Origin: a candidate division WWE3 bacterium
GTDB taxonomy: Bacteria > Patescibacteriota > WWE3 > 2-01-FULL-39-13
Length of the DNA stretch: 64,000 nucleotides
Assembly: GCA_943354835.1 (NCBI GenBank)
Contig: CALRDH010000003.1
Coordinates: forward strand, 104,496-168,495
Direction of reading: 5' to 3'
The notes beneath the pieces were generated by a model that worked only from the letters and a program-made list of their open reading frames with translations, had not been told where the DNA came from and made no database searches. The position numbers and the translations under genes are program-made. Shown here piece after piece: positions 38,202 to 48,481 of this stretch (positions are counted from its first letter, which is position 1; each line of letters begins with the position of its first letter).

Positions 38202-39143
38202 ATGTCTGACATAATTGATATTCTAGCTTGCCCAGTATGTGGAAACCCGATAACTAAAACGAACAACAAACTCTCATGTTCAAATAATGATTGCAAGAAA
38301 TCATATAGCCTCCTTTTTGATAACATATTTTCATTTTTAGACAATGACCAATCAGATGATACTGAACTTTCAATTGAAAAATGGAATGAATTTTATTCTG
38401 ACAAAACAAAATTTGATGATTATGAAAAGCGATATCAATTATACCTATCTGATAATTATGATAATGTGTATAGACAAATTTCCGAAAATAAAAAATTTGA
38501 CGAGAAAACAACAATCCTTTTAGAAATAGGATGTGGCCCAATGTTTTTAGCCCGTGCACTTTCTGATAAATGTAAATTGGTTGTCGGTATAGATTTTTCC
38601 ATAAAAGCATTAAAAACTGCAAAAGCAATGCTCGAAAAAAACAAGATAAAAAACTACATACTAATACATGGTGACATAAAAAATATGCCAATTAAAGATG
38701 GCTCGATTGACATTATCTACGGTGGTGGCGTTATAGAGCATTTCACAGATACATATACAGCAATCCAGGAACTTTATCGGGTTCTAAAACCAAGCGGGAT
38801 TTCTTTTAATACCGTTCCACATTTGAATATCGGATCATTAACCTATCGTCAAGTTTGGGGAAATATTCCTAATTTCCCAGTTTTAAAACAGATTGCAGAA
38901 TTCATACATATAAAATTACTAAAATCAAAACATATGACGTTTGGTTATGAATTATCTTTTTTAGCTACACATCTAAAGTATCTTCATAGTAAAGCTGGTT
39001 TCAAAAAGGTAGAAGCTAAAAAGTTCGAAACAAAATTAATGTTTGAATTTATTCCGACAAAAATTCTAAAAAACAGTATGTCTTGGCTAGCAAATAACAG
39101 CCCATTATTTTGGCCAATGATTAAAGTTATAGGGACCAAATAA
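38202..39143 (+). CDS. SAM-dependent methyltransferase with N-terminal Trm112-like Zn knuckle
   Basis: LACPVC...CSNNDC, LLEIGCG, GVIEH, RVLKPSG. Confidence 0.85.
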   Translation: MSDIIDILACPVCGNPITKTNNKLSCSNNDCKKSYSLLFDNIFSFLDNDQSDDTELSIEKWNEFYSDKTKFDDYEKRYQLYLSDNYDNVYRQISENKKFDEKTTILLEIGCGPMFLARALSDKCKLVVGIDFSIKALKTAKAMLEKNKIKNYILIHGDIKNMPIKDGSIDIIYGGGVIEHFTDTYTAIQELYRVLKPSGISFNTVPHLNIGSLTYRQVWGNIPNFPVLKQIAEFIHIKLLKSKHMTFGYELSFLATHLKYLHSKAGFKKVEAKKFETKLMFEFIPTKILKNSMSWLANNSPLFWPMIKVIGTK

Positions 39144-39144
39144 A

Positions 39145-40941
39145 ATGTGCGGCATAGCAGGAATCATTAACGGAAATAAAAACTCAAAAAAAACTTTGCA
39201 AAAAATGATGCATTCTATAAAGCATAGAGGCCCCGACGACAATGGAACATTTTGCGATGAACATGCTGGTGTATATTTCGGATCGCAAAGATTAAGCATC
39301 AACGACTTAAGCCCTAAAGGTAAAATGCCAATGTTTAGTGAAGATAAATCGATTACAGTATGCCAAAATGGAGAAATATATAATTATCACGAATTGAAAA
39401 ACGAACTTTCGACACATGGCCACAAATTTATTTCAGGATCAGATACAGAAGTTATCGTACACGGGTATGAACAATGGGGAACAAATATTTTTAAAAAACT
39501 CCAAGGCATGTTTGCAATCGCAATTTATGACATTAAAAATCATACAGTAATACTCGCAAGAGATAGAATTGGCATAAAGCCTTTGTACTATTTAAGACAT
39601 AAAGATTCAATGTATTTTTCATCTGAAGCTAAATCATTTTCTTCAATTAATGATTTTTCATTTGGAAACAATATTGACTATGAGAATATTAATTTAATGT
39701 TGGGATTCATGTTTCTACCTAAATCCGATGAAACAATAGTCAAAGGAATAAAAAAATTAGAACCAGGTCATTTCATGAAAATTGACCTTAAAAAAAGCTC
39801 ATCGGGAGACATAAGCATACACAAATACTGGGATATAGAAAATTCAAGTAATAAATTAATCTCAAAAGACTTAAGTTTCGAGGATGCAGTAAATGAACTC
39901 GACAAACTGTTACAAAAAACCGTTTCATCACATTTAATGTCAGATGTTCCACTTGGAGTTATGTTATCTGGTGGTCTTGATTCATCATTAATCACGGCCT
40001 TAGTAAAAAAGCTGTCTACATCAGAAACATTAACATTCACTGCAAAATTTGCACATAAACTTAATGAAAGCGAAAACGCAAGAAGTATTGCAAATTACCT
40101 TAAGACGAATCATAAAGAAATTTTAATCGATACAAAAGACGTAAGCGCAAACATAGAAAAGCATATAAGAAATTATGATGACCTAACAACTTTTGATGGT
40201 GGACTTATAACAACAAAAATACTATGTGATGAGATAAAAAAACTTGGCGTGACGGTTCTACTTTTAGGGGAAGGCGCGGATGAAATATTCGGGGGTTATT
40301 CCTGGTTTGGGATTTCGCAACTCCCCTACTCTTTCTTGCCAGATATATTTAAATCTGCAATTTATTATTACGCAATCTCAAGAAACGTAACATTTAATCC
40401 TCAAACATATTATTCCTATTGGAACAAAATGTTCAAATCAATGCACAATTCGGACACATTCAAAAATGTCAGTAACCTGGAATTAAAAGCTCAACTTCCG
40501 AATCATTTGTTAATGAAAGTAGACAAAGCAACAATGGCAGCTTCCGTAGAAGCAAGAGTTCCATTTTTGGATCACAAAGTAGTAGAGTTTGCATATAATC
40601 TTCCTCGTGAATATAAACTTAAAGGAAATATGTACAATTTCAACTCTTCAAATGAAAAATATATATTAAGAAAAGTCGCTGAAAGATATCTTCCACAAGA
40701 AGCCGTATGGAGAAAAAAACGAGGATTCATGCTTCCAATGGGACAAGTACTTGATTCAGACATATCAAAAGTCAAAGATTACATGTTCTCGAAAGACTCA
40801 ATTTCATCAAAACTATTATCAAAGAAACAAGTAGAGAATTTATTTATAGAATCACCTATTGGGATTATGAAAATGCAAAAAGAATATCTAATCTGGAGAT
40901 TATTCCTTCTTGAAGTTTGGAAAAAGGAATATGCAAGATAA
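39145..40941 (+). CDS. Asparagine synthase-like glutamine amidotransferase (probable sugar amidation)
   Basis: MCGIAG, HRGPD, NGEIYN, SDTEV, LSGGLDSS, GEGADE, EARVPFLD; located in a glycan locus. Confidence 0.9.
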   Translation: MCGIAGIINGNKNSKKTLQKMMHSIKHRGPDDNGTFCDEHAGVYFGSQRLSINDLSPKGKMPMFSEDKSITVCQNGEIYNYHELKNELSTHGHKFISGSDTEVIVHGYEQWGTNIFKKLQGMFAIAIYDIKNHTVILARDRIGIKPLYYLRHKDSMYFSSEAKSFSSINDFSFGNNIDYENINLMLGFMFLPKSDETIVKGIKKLEPGHFMKIDLKKSSSGDISIHKYWDIENSSNKLISKDLSFEDAVNELDKLLQKTVSSHLMSDVPLGVMLSGGLDSSLITALVKKLSTSETLTFTAKFAHKLNESENARSIANYLKTNHKEILIDTKDVSANIEKHIRNYDDLTTFDGGLITTKILCDEIKKLGVTVLLLGEGADEIFGGYSWFGISQLPYSFLPDIFKSAIYYYAISRNVTFNPQTYYSYWNKMFKSMHNSDTFKNVSNLELKAQLPNHLLMKVDKATMAASVEARVPFLDHKVVEFAYNLPREYKLKGNMYNFNSSNEKYILRKVAERYLPQEAVWRKKRGFMLPMGQVLDSDISKVKDYMFSKDSISSKLLSKKQVENLFIESPIGIMKMQKEYLIWRLFLLEVWKKEYAR

Positions 40942-42049
40942 AAATGTATTATTTTTGGTTCACCGAATATTTAATAATGATATTGTAAAAAGAGGCGGAG
41001 CGGACTACATTACAGACTTTTTAATTTCAAAAGGATATTCAATAATAACAATCGAACACCCATTAAATGGTTCGCACGAGTCATATATTAAAACCAATAA
41101 AAGCGCAAAGACATTTAAACTCTTTGGGAAAGGCCCAATAAGGTGGATTCAAGAAATTATATTCAACTTTATAAATGCTCCACGTACGCATGTTAAATTA
41201 ATCATCTCCGTAGACCCTCTTAATTTTTTATCGGCATACTTAATAAAAATAGTTAACAAGAAAAAGTTAAAAATATTGTTTCATTCAATAGACTACTCTG
41301 AAAGTAGGTTTGGAAGCTCTATGCTTGATTACGTATACAATTCACTATATTCGTTTGCTGTTAGAAATGCAGACATTGTTACATATGTAAGCGAACTCAT
41401 GGGAGATAAAATTAAAGAGATAATAAAACTAAATGCAAAAACTGAAAATATCTTATTTCACCTTCCCAATTCACCCGAATTTAAAAAAATTCCTAAAATC
41501 GATATTTCCAAAAAAAATAAGTATTCAATTGTATACAGTAAGTCGTTTATATCAAAAGAGGAATTAATATTATTAGAAAATATAGTAACCATATTAAAAA
41601 AGAAATTCCCAGATATTGTTCTAAACATTGTGGGAAAAATTGATGGGACAACTTATATTATAAGTCCCAAAATAAAAAACAATATAATGGCACATGGATT
41701 AGTCCCTTATGAAAGAAACCTAGAAATAATAAGCGGTTCATACCTCGGGCTTGGTTGGTACGAAAATAAATTTTCATTTGAAAAATATAATGATTCATTA
41801 AAACTTAGAGAATATGCCGCTTCTGGAATTCCTGCGGTTTGTAATGATAAGACATCAACAGCAATTGAAATGGAAAAAGAAGAAGCAGGAATTGTCGCGA
41901 ATACAGAGGCGGAAATCGCTACTGCGATTTCCGCCTTAATTGAAAATCCAAAGAAGTATTCTGAAATGAGAAAGAATGCTTTGTATTGGGCAAAAAAGAA
42001 TGATAAAGCTAAATTACTCGAAAGGTTACTTAACAAATTGAGTCTATGA
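40931..42049 (+). CDS. GT-B (GT4-like) glycosyltransferase
   Basis: DSLKLREYAASGIPAV, AGIV; C-terminal Rossmann pattern. Confidence 0.75.
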   Translation: MQDKNVLFLVHRIFNNDIVKRGGADYITDFLISKGYSIITIEHPLNGSHESYIKTNKSAKTFKLFGKGPIRWIQEIIFNFINAPRTHVKLIISVDPLNFLSAYLIKIVNKKKLKILFHSIDYSESRFGSSMLDYVYNSLYSFAVRNADIVTYVSELMGDKIKEIIKLNAKTENILFHLPNSPEFKKIPKIDISKKNKYSIVYSKSFISKEELILLENIVTILKKKFPDIVLNIVGKIDGTTYIISPKIKNNIMAHGLVPYERNLEIISGSYLGLGWYENKFSFEKYNDSLKLREYAASGIPAVCNDKTSTAIEMEKEEAGIVANTEAEIATAISALIENPKKYSEMRKNALYWAKKNDKAKLLERLLNKLSL

Positions 42050-42069
42050 TAAAAACCCTCAAAAAACTT

Positions 42070-42831
42070 TCACTTGTTTTTGATTTTTTGAGCTACTATA
42101 AATATGGATGTCCCTATTGGTAAATTAATAAAGTTAAGTAAATAGTTTTCGAAATACATAACTTTAGTTAATATTTTATTTATAATAGGATTAGCTTTAC
42201 TAACATCATCTTCGGCTTTTTTTGACGATAATAAATAGTACATTTTATTTACTATTTTATAAATAACTAATAGTGGGAAAAGTAAAAATACCCTGTAGCT
42301 ACCTTTTATTATTTTATAGTTATGCGATTCTAAGTCTTCAATCAGCTCATTTAGCATAAACCTTTTTTTTACATGCCAACTAACATCATGATTTGAAAAT
42401 AAAAATGGCAAAGCGGCTGTGTTGATAATTAGATATCCATTTAGTCTAGTGCATCTTGTGAATTCATTTAGCGCTAAAATGTATTCTTTTGGCGAAAGGC
42501 ACGCCAATACATCCATACAGCATATACAGTCAAAAGATGAGTTTTTATAAGGTAGCTTTGATATGTTTGCTTTCAAAACGTCAGTAATTCCTCTTTGTTT
42601 GCAAAATTGAATTGCTACATCTGATGCATCAAATCCGCATACATTATAATTTTCAGATCTTAAAAATTGCAGGTTTTCTCCAGTTCCACACCCTGCATCA
42701 AGAATTACTTTAACATTCGTAGATTTTATATATGAGATTAATAAGTTTCTTAGTCCAAGGTACCACCAATGGCTATGTTCATTTTCATACATATTTTCGT
42801 AAACTTTATTTTCTAGTTGCAATTTTTTCAC
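42070..42831 (-). CDS. Class I SAM-dependent methyltransferase
   Basis: EHSHWWY, ILDAGCGTG, LPYKNSSFD, HD...H. Confidence 0.88.
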   Translation of the reverse strand: MKKLQLENKVYENMYENEHSHWWYLGLRNLLISYIKSTNVKVILDAGCGTGENLQFLRSENYNVCGFDASDVAIQFCKQRGITDVLKANISKLPYKNSSFDCICCMDVLACLSPKEYILALNEFTRCTRLNGYLIINTAALPFLFSNHDVSWHVKKRFMLNELIEDLESHNYKIIKGSYRVFLLFPLLVIYKIVNKMYYLLSSKKAEDDVSKANPIINKILTKVMYFENYLLNFINLPIGTSIFIVAQKIKNK

Positions 42832-45190
42832 TTCAATTTTTTAATAAGAATTAAGCTTACGATAAATGAAATTATGGAGATTATCATCCCTAAGTATAAT
42901 AATTTTGGCACATATATAAATTCGACATCATGTTTTCCATTCGTCAAAAGTATCCCCCTTGAGGTTAAATTGGTTTTATAAATTTTTGTCGGTTTTCCAT
43001 CTATATAAGCTTGCCAACCAGGATAGTAAGTATTACTTAGTACAAGCAATGAATCATCAATACTTTTTACATCAATTTTGACTTTACTGTTACTATAATG
43101 ATAAATATTTGCGTAAGAACCAGGTTTTTGATTGTCAAATAGTGGCAGATTGGAATCAGAGATTACAACTGCGGTTCTTCTTAAATCTAGTGAGCTCATC
43201 TTTTCTAATGCTTCTTTCGATGTTTTTACCTTTAATATATTTTCTGTAATAAAAGCCATTGGAAGTCTATCAGTATTTTCGTAGACGTAGATTGGTGTTC
43301 CAACTGGAAGTACAGTACCAGTTCTTAAAATGAATTTACCTGAATCTTCCTCACGAATAGGTACCGCTTCAATTAGATCAAGACCATTCGGGAGTTTCTC
43401 TGCAAATGGCTTGCTAGTAAAAATGTATTGGACTGCTAATATATCAAATAATTGCGAGTCTGGACTTACACTCCAATCAGCTTCCTGAAAGTGGTTGTAT
43501 AGTAGGTTGTAATCTTTTAATGTAAGGCCATGGAAACCTTCTGTTTGATATATTTCAGAACTTGCGGTATTAAATCTATTTGTTTCCTCGAAAAAATATG
43601 CACGTGTTAAGTTATTTCTCATTTCAGTTGAGTATTTCTTGGTTATCGTATTTTCACTATAGAAAACCCTTGGATCTTGTGTTGAATTTATAAACGCAGA
43701 CTTGGAAATTAAAGTGAATAAGTCAAGAAGGATTAAAACAACCAGTGAGAATTTAAAAATACTTGGGTTTATATATTTTTTAAACCGGAACAGTATATAG
43801 GTTGGTATAAAAAATACAAAAAATAAACTCAAACCATCAGTAATATTATTTATATCCACAGGGTTCCCCCCTATAGCCTTAAGTATTAATCCGACAAAAA
43901 TCGATATAAAATAAATGAGTATAAAAAGCAATGTTAAGGCTTTTAACCATGTAGCTACGCTTTTCGGGAATTCGTGCTCTAATAAATATGTATATCCATA
44001 ACCTGCTAAGACGGCAAGGCTAAAGGCTGTGTATATATGTATGAATGTTAGGAATCTGAAATATCCGTAAAAAGGGATAAATAAATATGCGAATTGATGT
44101 AAAAAAGTAATATTCCCAAGCGATAAAAGTGTAAATACAAACGCCGATATGAAAAAGAAACTAACTGCTTTTATTTTGATCAGTTTTAAACCTATGGCAA
44201 CCAATATTAGTCCAGCTGTGCTTATATAACCTATTACTGCTGGACCTGTCTGTGCACCATAATAGTACGGTAATAAATAATTAAGCAGACCTCTTAATTC
44301 CATTGAAGCACTTGCAGATCCTGTGATATTTAAATGTTCCCGTATTGCAATATTTTGAAGCTCAAAGGCTGGTAAAAAAGTAACAGCAGAAATTGATATC
44401 CCGATTGCACAAGCAATTAAAAGGCTTTTAATGATTCTGCCTAATGATTTTATATCTTTTGCGAAAAAGAAAATGACTAAAAATGCGATAAATAAATTAT
44501 TATGGAGAAAAAATGCTGTATATCCACCAAGAAGGAGACAAGATGAGACTAATCCTGAAAAAATAGCTTGCCTGTAAGATCTGTTTGTATCGATTTATAC
44601 ATGAAGTAGAGTTGTAGCGGCATTAAAGCTGGTCCACTAATTGGATTTGAAAATATTCCTACATATATCATGCTACCGCTTAGGCCAAATATAATCCCAG
44701 AAATGAATGCGGGAAATGGTTTGAACATCAGACATTTTCTTAGAAAGATATATGTGAATAGGCTTGCCAGTGATAGATGAAATACTGAATAGTATGTAGC
44801 AAGAAAAACTAATAAATTTTGCGGACTAAGGAGTGAAACTAAGTAGAAAATAAACCGGACTGGATAAAATATCGATACTCTGTCTAACCCTCCAATTAAT
44901 GGAAATCCAGTGAAATTATAGGGATCCCAAAGAGAATCAGTAGCATTTTTAATAGATAATATCGCTCTGGTTGCAGAAACGCCTTGCAGAAAATCTGGGT
45001 AGTAATACCCTAAAAAATCGACATGAAAATACACAGTATTAAATCCAGTAATATCAAAATTTCTCCAAAATCCAATGATTGGTAATATGAAAAATAATAG
45101 AATCCATATAATGTTTTTATTCGCTTGTAATTTCTGAATGATTTGGTCTACGAGTTGATAGATTTTTCCCAACACCAAAAGATTATACAT
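42828..45190 (-). pseudogene. YfhO-family GT-C membrane protein split by a frameshift near 44583-44588
   Basis: The N-part has DFLGYYYP, LWDPYNFTGFP and FYP. After ...ATA CAA ACA the other frame reads RSYRQAIFSGLVSSCLLLGGY...FLPAFEL..., open into the 491-aa ORF ending with YYPGWQAYIDGK...GKHDVEFIYVP. Confidence 0.8.
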
Positions 45191-45286
45191 ACGTTAATAG
45201 TCGATAGCCAATAGGTATAATAATCATGTTCCATATTGAACTTCAAAACTGTCAAAATCAAAATTTATAAGTATAATTAATGATAA

Positions 45287-46504
45287 ATGAATCTACGGCT
45301 TTCTTCTTTGACCATATTTTTTCCGTTTTATAATGATGCTGGCACAGTCAAAAAAATGCTTGACCAAGCATATGAATATGGATCTCTCGTAACAAATGAT
45401 CTTGAGGTAATCGCACTAAACGGTGGAAATTCAAAAGACAATACATATCAAGAAATTCTAAAATTTCAAAAATTAAATCCTTCGGTAAAAATTGTAAATA
45501 AAAAAGATAATGTCGAAGGCTATGCCGTCATAAAACATGGGCTATACTCTTCCACAAAGGATTTTGTTTTTTATACTGACGGCGACGCACAATATAGCCT
45601 AAAATCTGATTTCTTAAATCTTATCAAAAAACAAAACGATACAAATGCGGATGTAGTAAATGGACACAAAAAAGACAGAAAGGATAATATTTTCAGGATT
45701 TTATTCGGTTTTTTATACGCCACTTTTAGCAGAGTGATTTTTAAATCACCAATTACGGATATTGACTGTGACTTCAGATTGATACGGACATCTATTCTAA
45801 AAAGATTTAAGCTAGAAAGTCACGATGCATCAATCCTGCCAGAGCTTGTTCTTAAGCTAAAACTAAATGGTGCGAATTTCTCCGAAATTCCCGTCAGCCA
45901 TTTTCCAAGAGAATATGGCAAATCAAATTACACTGCATTTTCACTATTTAAAGAGAAGCTGGCTGGTGATTTTAAGTTATACATAAAGATGAGAAAAGAA
46001 ATAAAAAATATTGACATCAATTTATTCGAATTTACATTGTCATATTTAAAAAACAGCGAGAATTTCATATCAAGCTTTTTACGTATAGATAACTTTAAAT
46101 TTATTAAATTCGGCTTAGTTGGAGTTAGTAGTGTCATATTGCATTTTATATTTTTTAATATATTTATGTTATTAACTAATTTAAACACAGGATTAATAAC
46201 GATCGTATCAGACCAATTACCGATATTGACGTCGTATATTTTGAACAATAACTATACATTTAAGAAAATCAAAGATGTATCAAGTAATCGAAAACATCCG
46301 ACTAGGTTTATAAAGTACTGGTCAATAATAATGATTTCAACTGTGATACACAGTATCATTATTACATCAGGAATTTATATTTTCGGTGATACGATTTTAA
46401 TTGCGAATATATTCTTTATTGCTGGAGTAATAATTGCCATGATTTGGAATTATTATTTTCACAGTACATTGATTTGGAAAGCTTCTATAGAAAAAGGAAG
46501 ATAA
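45287..46504 (+). CDS. GT2 (GtrB/DPM-like) fused to a C-terminal GtrA-like flippase domain
   Basis: FFPFYND, YTDGDAQY, DIDCDFRL; then KFIKFGLVGV...SYILNNNYTF...WNY. Confidence 0.85.
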   Translation: MNLRLSSLTIFFPFYNDAGTVKKMLDQAYEYGSLVTNDLEVIALNGGNSKDNTYQEILKFQKLNPSVKIVNKKDNVEGYAVIKHGLYSSTKDFVFYTDGDAQYSLKSDFLNLIKKQNDTNADVVNGHKKDRKDNIFRILFGFLYATFSRVIFKSPITDIDCDFRLIRTSILKRFKLESHDASILPELVLKLKLNGANFSEIPVSHFPREYGKSNYTAFSLFKEKLAGDFKLYIKMRKEIKNIDINLFEFTLSYLKNSENFISSFLRIDNFKFIKFGLVGVSSVILHFIFFNIFMLLTNLNTGLITIVSDQLPILTSYILNNNYTFKKIKDVSSNRKHPTRFIKYWSIIMISTVIHSIIITSGIYIFGDTILIANIFFIAGVIIAMIWNYYFHSTLIWKASIEKGR

Positions 46505-46592
46505 CTTTGCTGGTTTACCTAGAAAGAGAATATTTCGATTTTGCATTTTTTCTGCTATGGTTTTGATAAAGTCATTTAGTATGATTAATTAA

Positions 46593-47210
46593 ATGAAAAA
46601 AAACGAGAAAATTATAGTAAACCTAGGGTGTAGCGGATCAAGGATTCCTGGCTCTATTGGGGTAGACGTCATACCAAGAGAAGGTACTGTTGATATAGTT
46701 CATAATCTAAATAAATACCCATACCCCTTTAAAGAAAATTACGCTGATGAAATCCATTTATACCATGTACTTGAACATTTAGATGATTCAATCAAAACAA
46801 TTGAAGAAATTTACAGGATACTAAAACCAGATGGAATTTTATATTTGAGAGTTCCACATTTCAGCAGTTTATACGCCTGGGGTGATATAACGCATAAAAA
46901 AGCTTTTTCAATTTATGCGTTCGATATTTTCGACGCAAATAGAGATTATAAAAAATGGGGATATACCAAAGCTAAATTCGAAATTCTAACCAGAAAAATC
47001 AGATATTTTTATACATGGCCAAACGAAGACTGGTACATGAAATACATAGTCAAGCCAGACTGGCCATTTGGGGCCGGAATAATATTGAAACCAATTATTA
47101 CTTTACTAAATTTTCTAATCAATTTGTCACCAGAAATATTCGAAAGATTTTGGTGCTATTGGGTTGGTGGCGCTGCTGAAATATACTTAATCATGAAAGC
47201 TAAAAAATAA
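46593..47210 (+). CDS. SAM-dependent methyltransferase (Methyltransf_11-like)
   Basis: NLGCSG, DIVHNL, HVLEHL, EIYRILKPDG, VPH...DITH. Confidence 0.85.
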   Translation: MKKNEKIIVNLGCSGSRIPGSIGVDVIPREGTVDIVHNLNKYPYPFKENYADEIHLYHVLEHLDDSIKTIEEIYRILKPDGILYLRVPHFSSLYAWGDITHKKAFSIYAFDIFDANRDYKKWGYTKAKFEILTRKIRYFYTWPNEDWYMKYIVKPDWPFGAGIILKPIITLLNFLINLSPEIFERFWCYWVGGAAEIYLIMKAKK

Positions 47211-47266
47211 TGGGCTTGTTAGACACAAAGAATATCATGTAGAATGCAATATAGTTCACGAAGTTA

Positions 47267-48481
47267 ATGCGGAAAGGAAAATTTAAAGTGGAAGATTTAA
47301 AAGTAAAATTAATAAAAGATACTTTCTACAACGAAGCACAAACAAAAAAAGAATTATGTGATTTCATAATGAAAACAGATCGTTTGAGTATGTGGACAGA
47401 GTGTAGAAAGTTTGAAGATAATTTCGCAAAGCACCAGGGAGCAAAAAACTGCTCCATGTTCACAAGCGGAAGTACCGCAAACCTAGCATTAATTCAATCA
47501 CTTATAAATCTAAAAAGATTAGAAAAAGGAGATACAGTTGCGTTTTCCGCTGTCACCTGGTCTACAAATGTAATGCCAATGCTACAACTTGGATTAAATA
47601 TTCATCCGGTTGATGTTGAAGTTGATACCTTAAATAGTTCAGCTGAATTATTCGAAAAAGCATTAGAAGAAAATCCGTCAATAAAGGCTTTCTTTATAAC
47701 CAACGTTTTGGGATTTTGTTCTGACATAGATAAAATTGCTGATATATGCAAAAGTCGAGGAATTATCCTTATAGAAGATAATTGCGAATCTTTAGGAACT
47801 ATTTATAAAGGTAAAAAACTTGGATCATATGGACTTGCGGGAACATTCTCTTTTTACGTAGGCCATCACATGTCTACAATTGAAGGCGGGGCATTATGTA
47901 CCGACGATGCAGAATTAGATACCATGGTTAAAATGGTTCGGTCACACGGAATGGATAGAAACTTAGACGAAGACAAAAAAATAAAAGTCAGAGAAAAATT
48001 CAAACTTGATGATTTCTATTCGCGATATACATTCTATACTCTTGGTTATAATTTAAGACCAAATGAAATCAACGGCTTTTTGGGAAACAATCAACTTCAA
48101 TACATTGACGAAATCTTTAGAATTAGAAATGAAAATTTCATGAAATTTATATCTGCCGTAAACAAAAATGATATTGTACCAATCCGATATAATCATATAG
48201 ATTTTGTTTCTAATTTCGCATTTCCAGTTATCTGCAAAAACAAAACTATTTTGAATAAATATATAAAGGTATTCGAAAATGCAGGAATAGAAATTCGCCC
48301 AGTCGTTAGCGGAAATATGATGAATCAAATATTCATAAAAGATTACGTAGGTAGTAAAAAGTTCGACCTACCAGGCGCACAAAAAATACACGAAGATGGA
48401 TTTTACTTCGGGAATAATCCCGACATGACAAAAAAAGAGATCAATATAGTTATAAAAGCGTTTAAAGATGCCAGTAAGTAA
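47267..48481 (+). CDS. ColD-like PLP-dependent GDP-4-keto-6-deoxy-D-mannose 3-dehydratase (DegT family)
   Basis: SGSTANL, VTWST, EDNCESLG, SFYVGHHMSTIEGG (His in place of the Schiff-base Lys), RSHG, GYNLR; no obvious Fe-S Cys cluster of DdhC/E1. Confidence 0.82.
   Translation: MRKGKFKVEDLKVKLIKDTFYNEAQTKKELCDFIMKTDRLSMWTECRKFEDNFAKHQGAKNCSMFTSGSTANLALIQSLINLKRLEKGDTVAFSAVTWSTNVMPMLQLGLNIHPVDVEVDTLNSSAELFEKALEENPSIKAFFITNVLGFCSDIDKIADICKSRGIILIEDNCESLGTIYKGKKLGSYGLAGTFSFYVGHHMSTIEGGALCTDDAELDTMVKMVRSHGMDRNLDEDKKIKVREKFKLDDFYSRYTFYTLGYNLRPNEINGFLGNNQLQYIDEIFRIRNENFMKFISAVNKNDIVPIRYNHIDFVSNFAFPVICKNKTILNKYIKVFENAGIEIRPVVSGNMMNQIFIKDYVGSKKFDLPGAQKIHEDGFYFGNNPDMTKKEINIVIKAFKDASK

Noticed and set aside
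39145-40941. True asparagine synthetase asnB
   Set aside because: The context among glycosyltransferases favours a sugar amidotransferase, so the symbol was withheld.
18686-44588. Programmed frameshifting or phase variation as a common explanation for the split yvcK and yfhO genes
   Set aside because: No long homopolymer or canonical slippery heptamer with a downstream structure; mutation or sequencing error is simpler.
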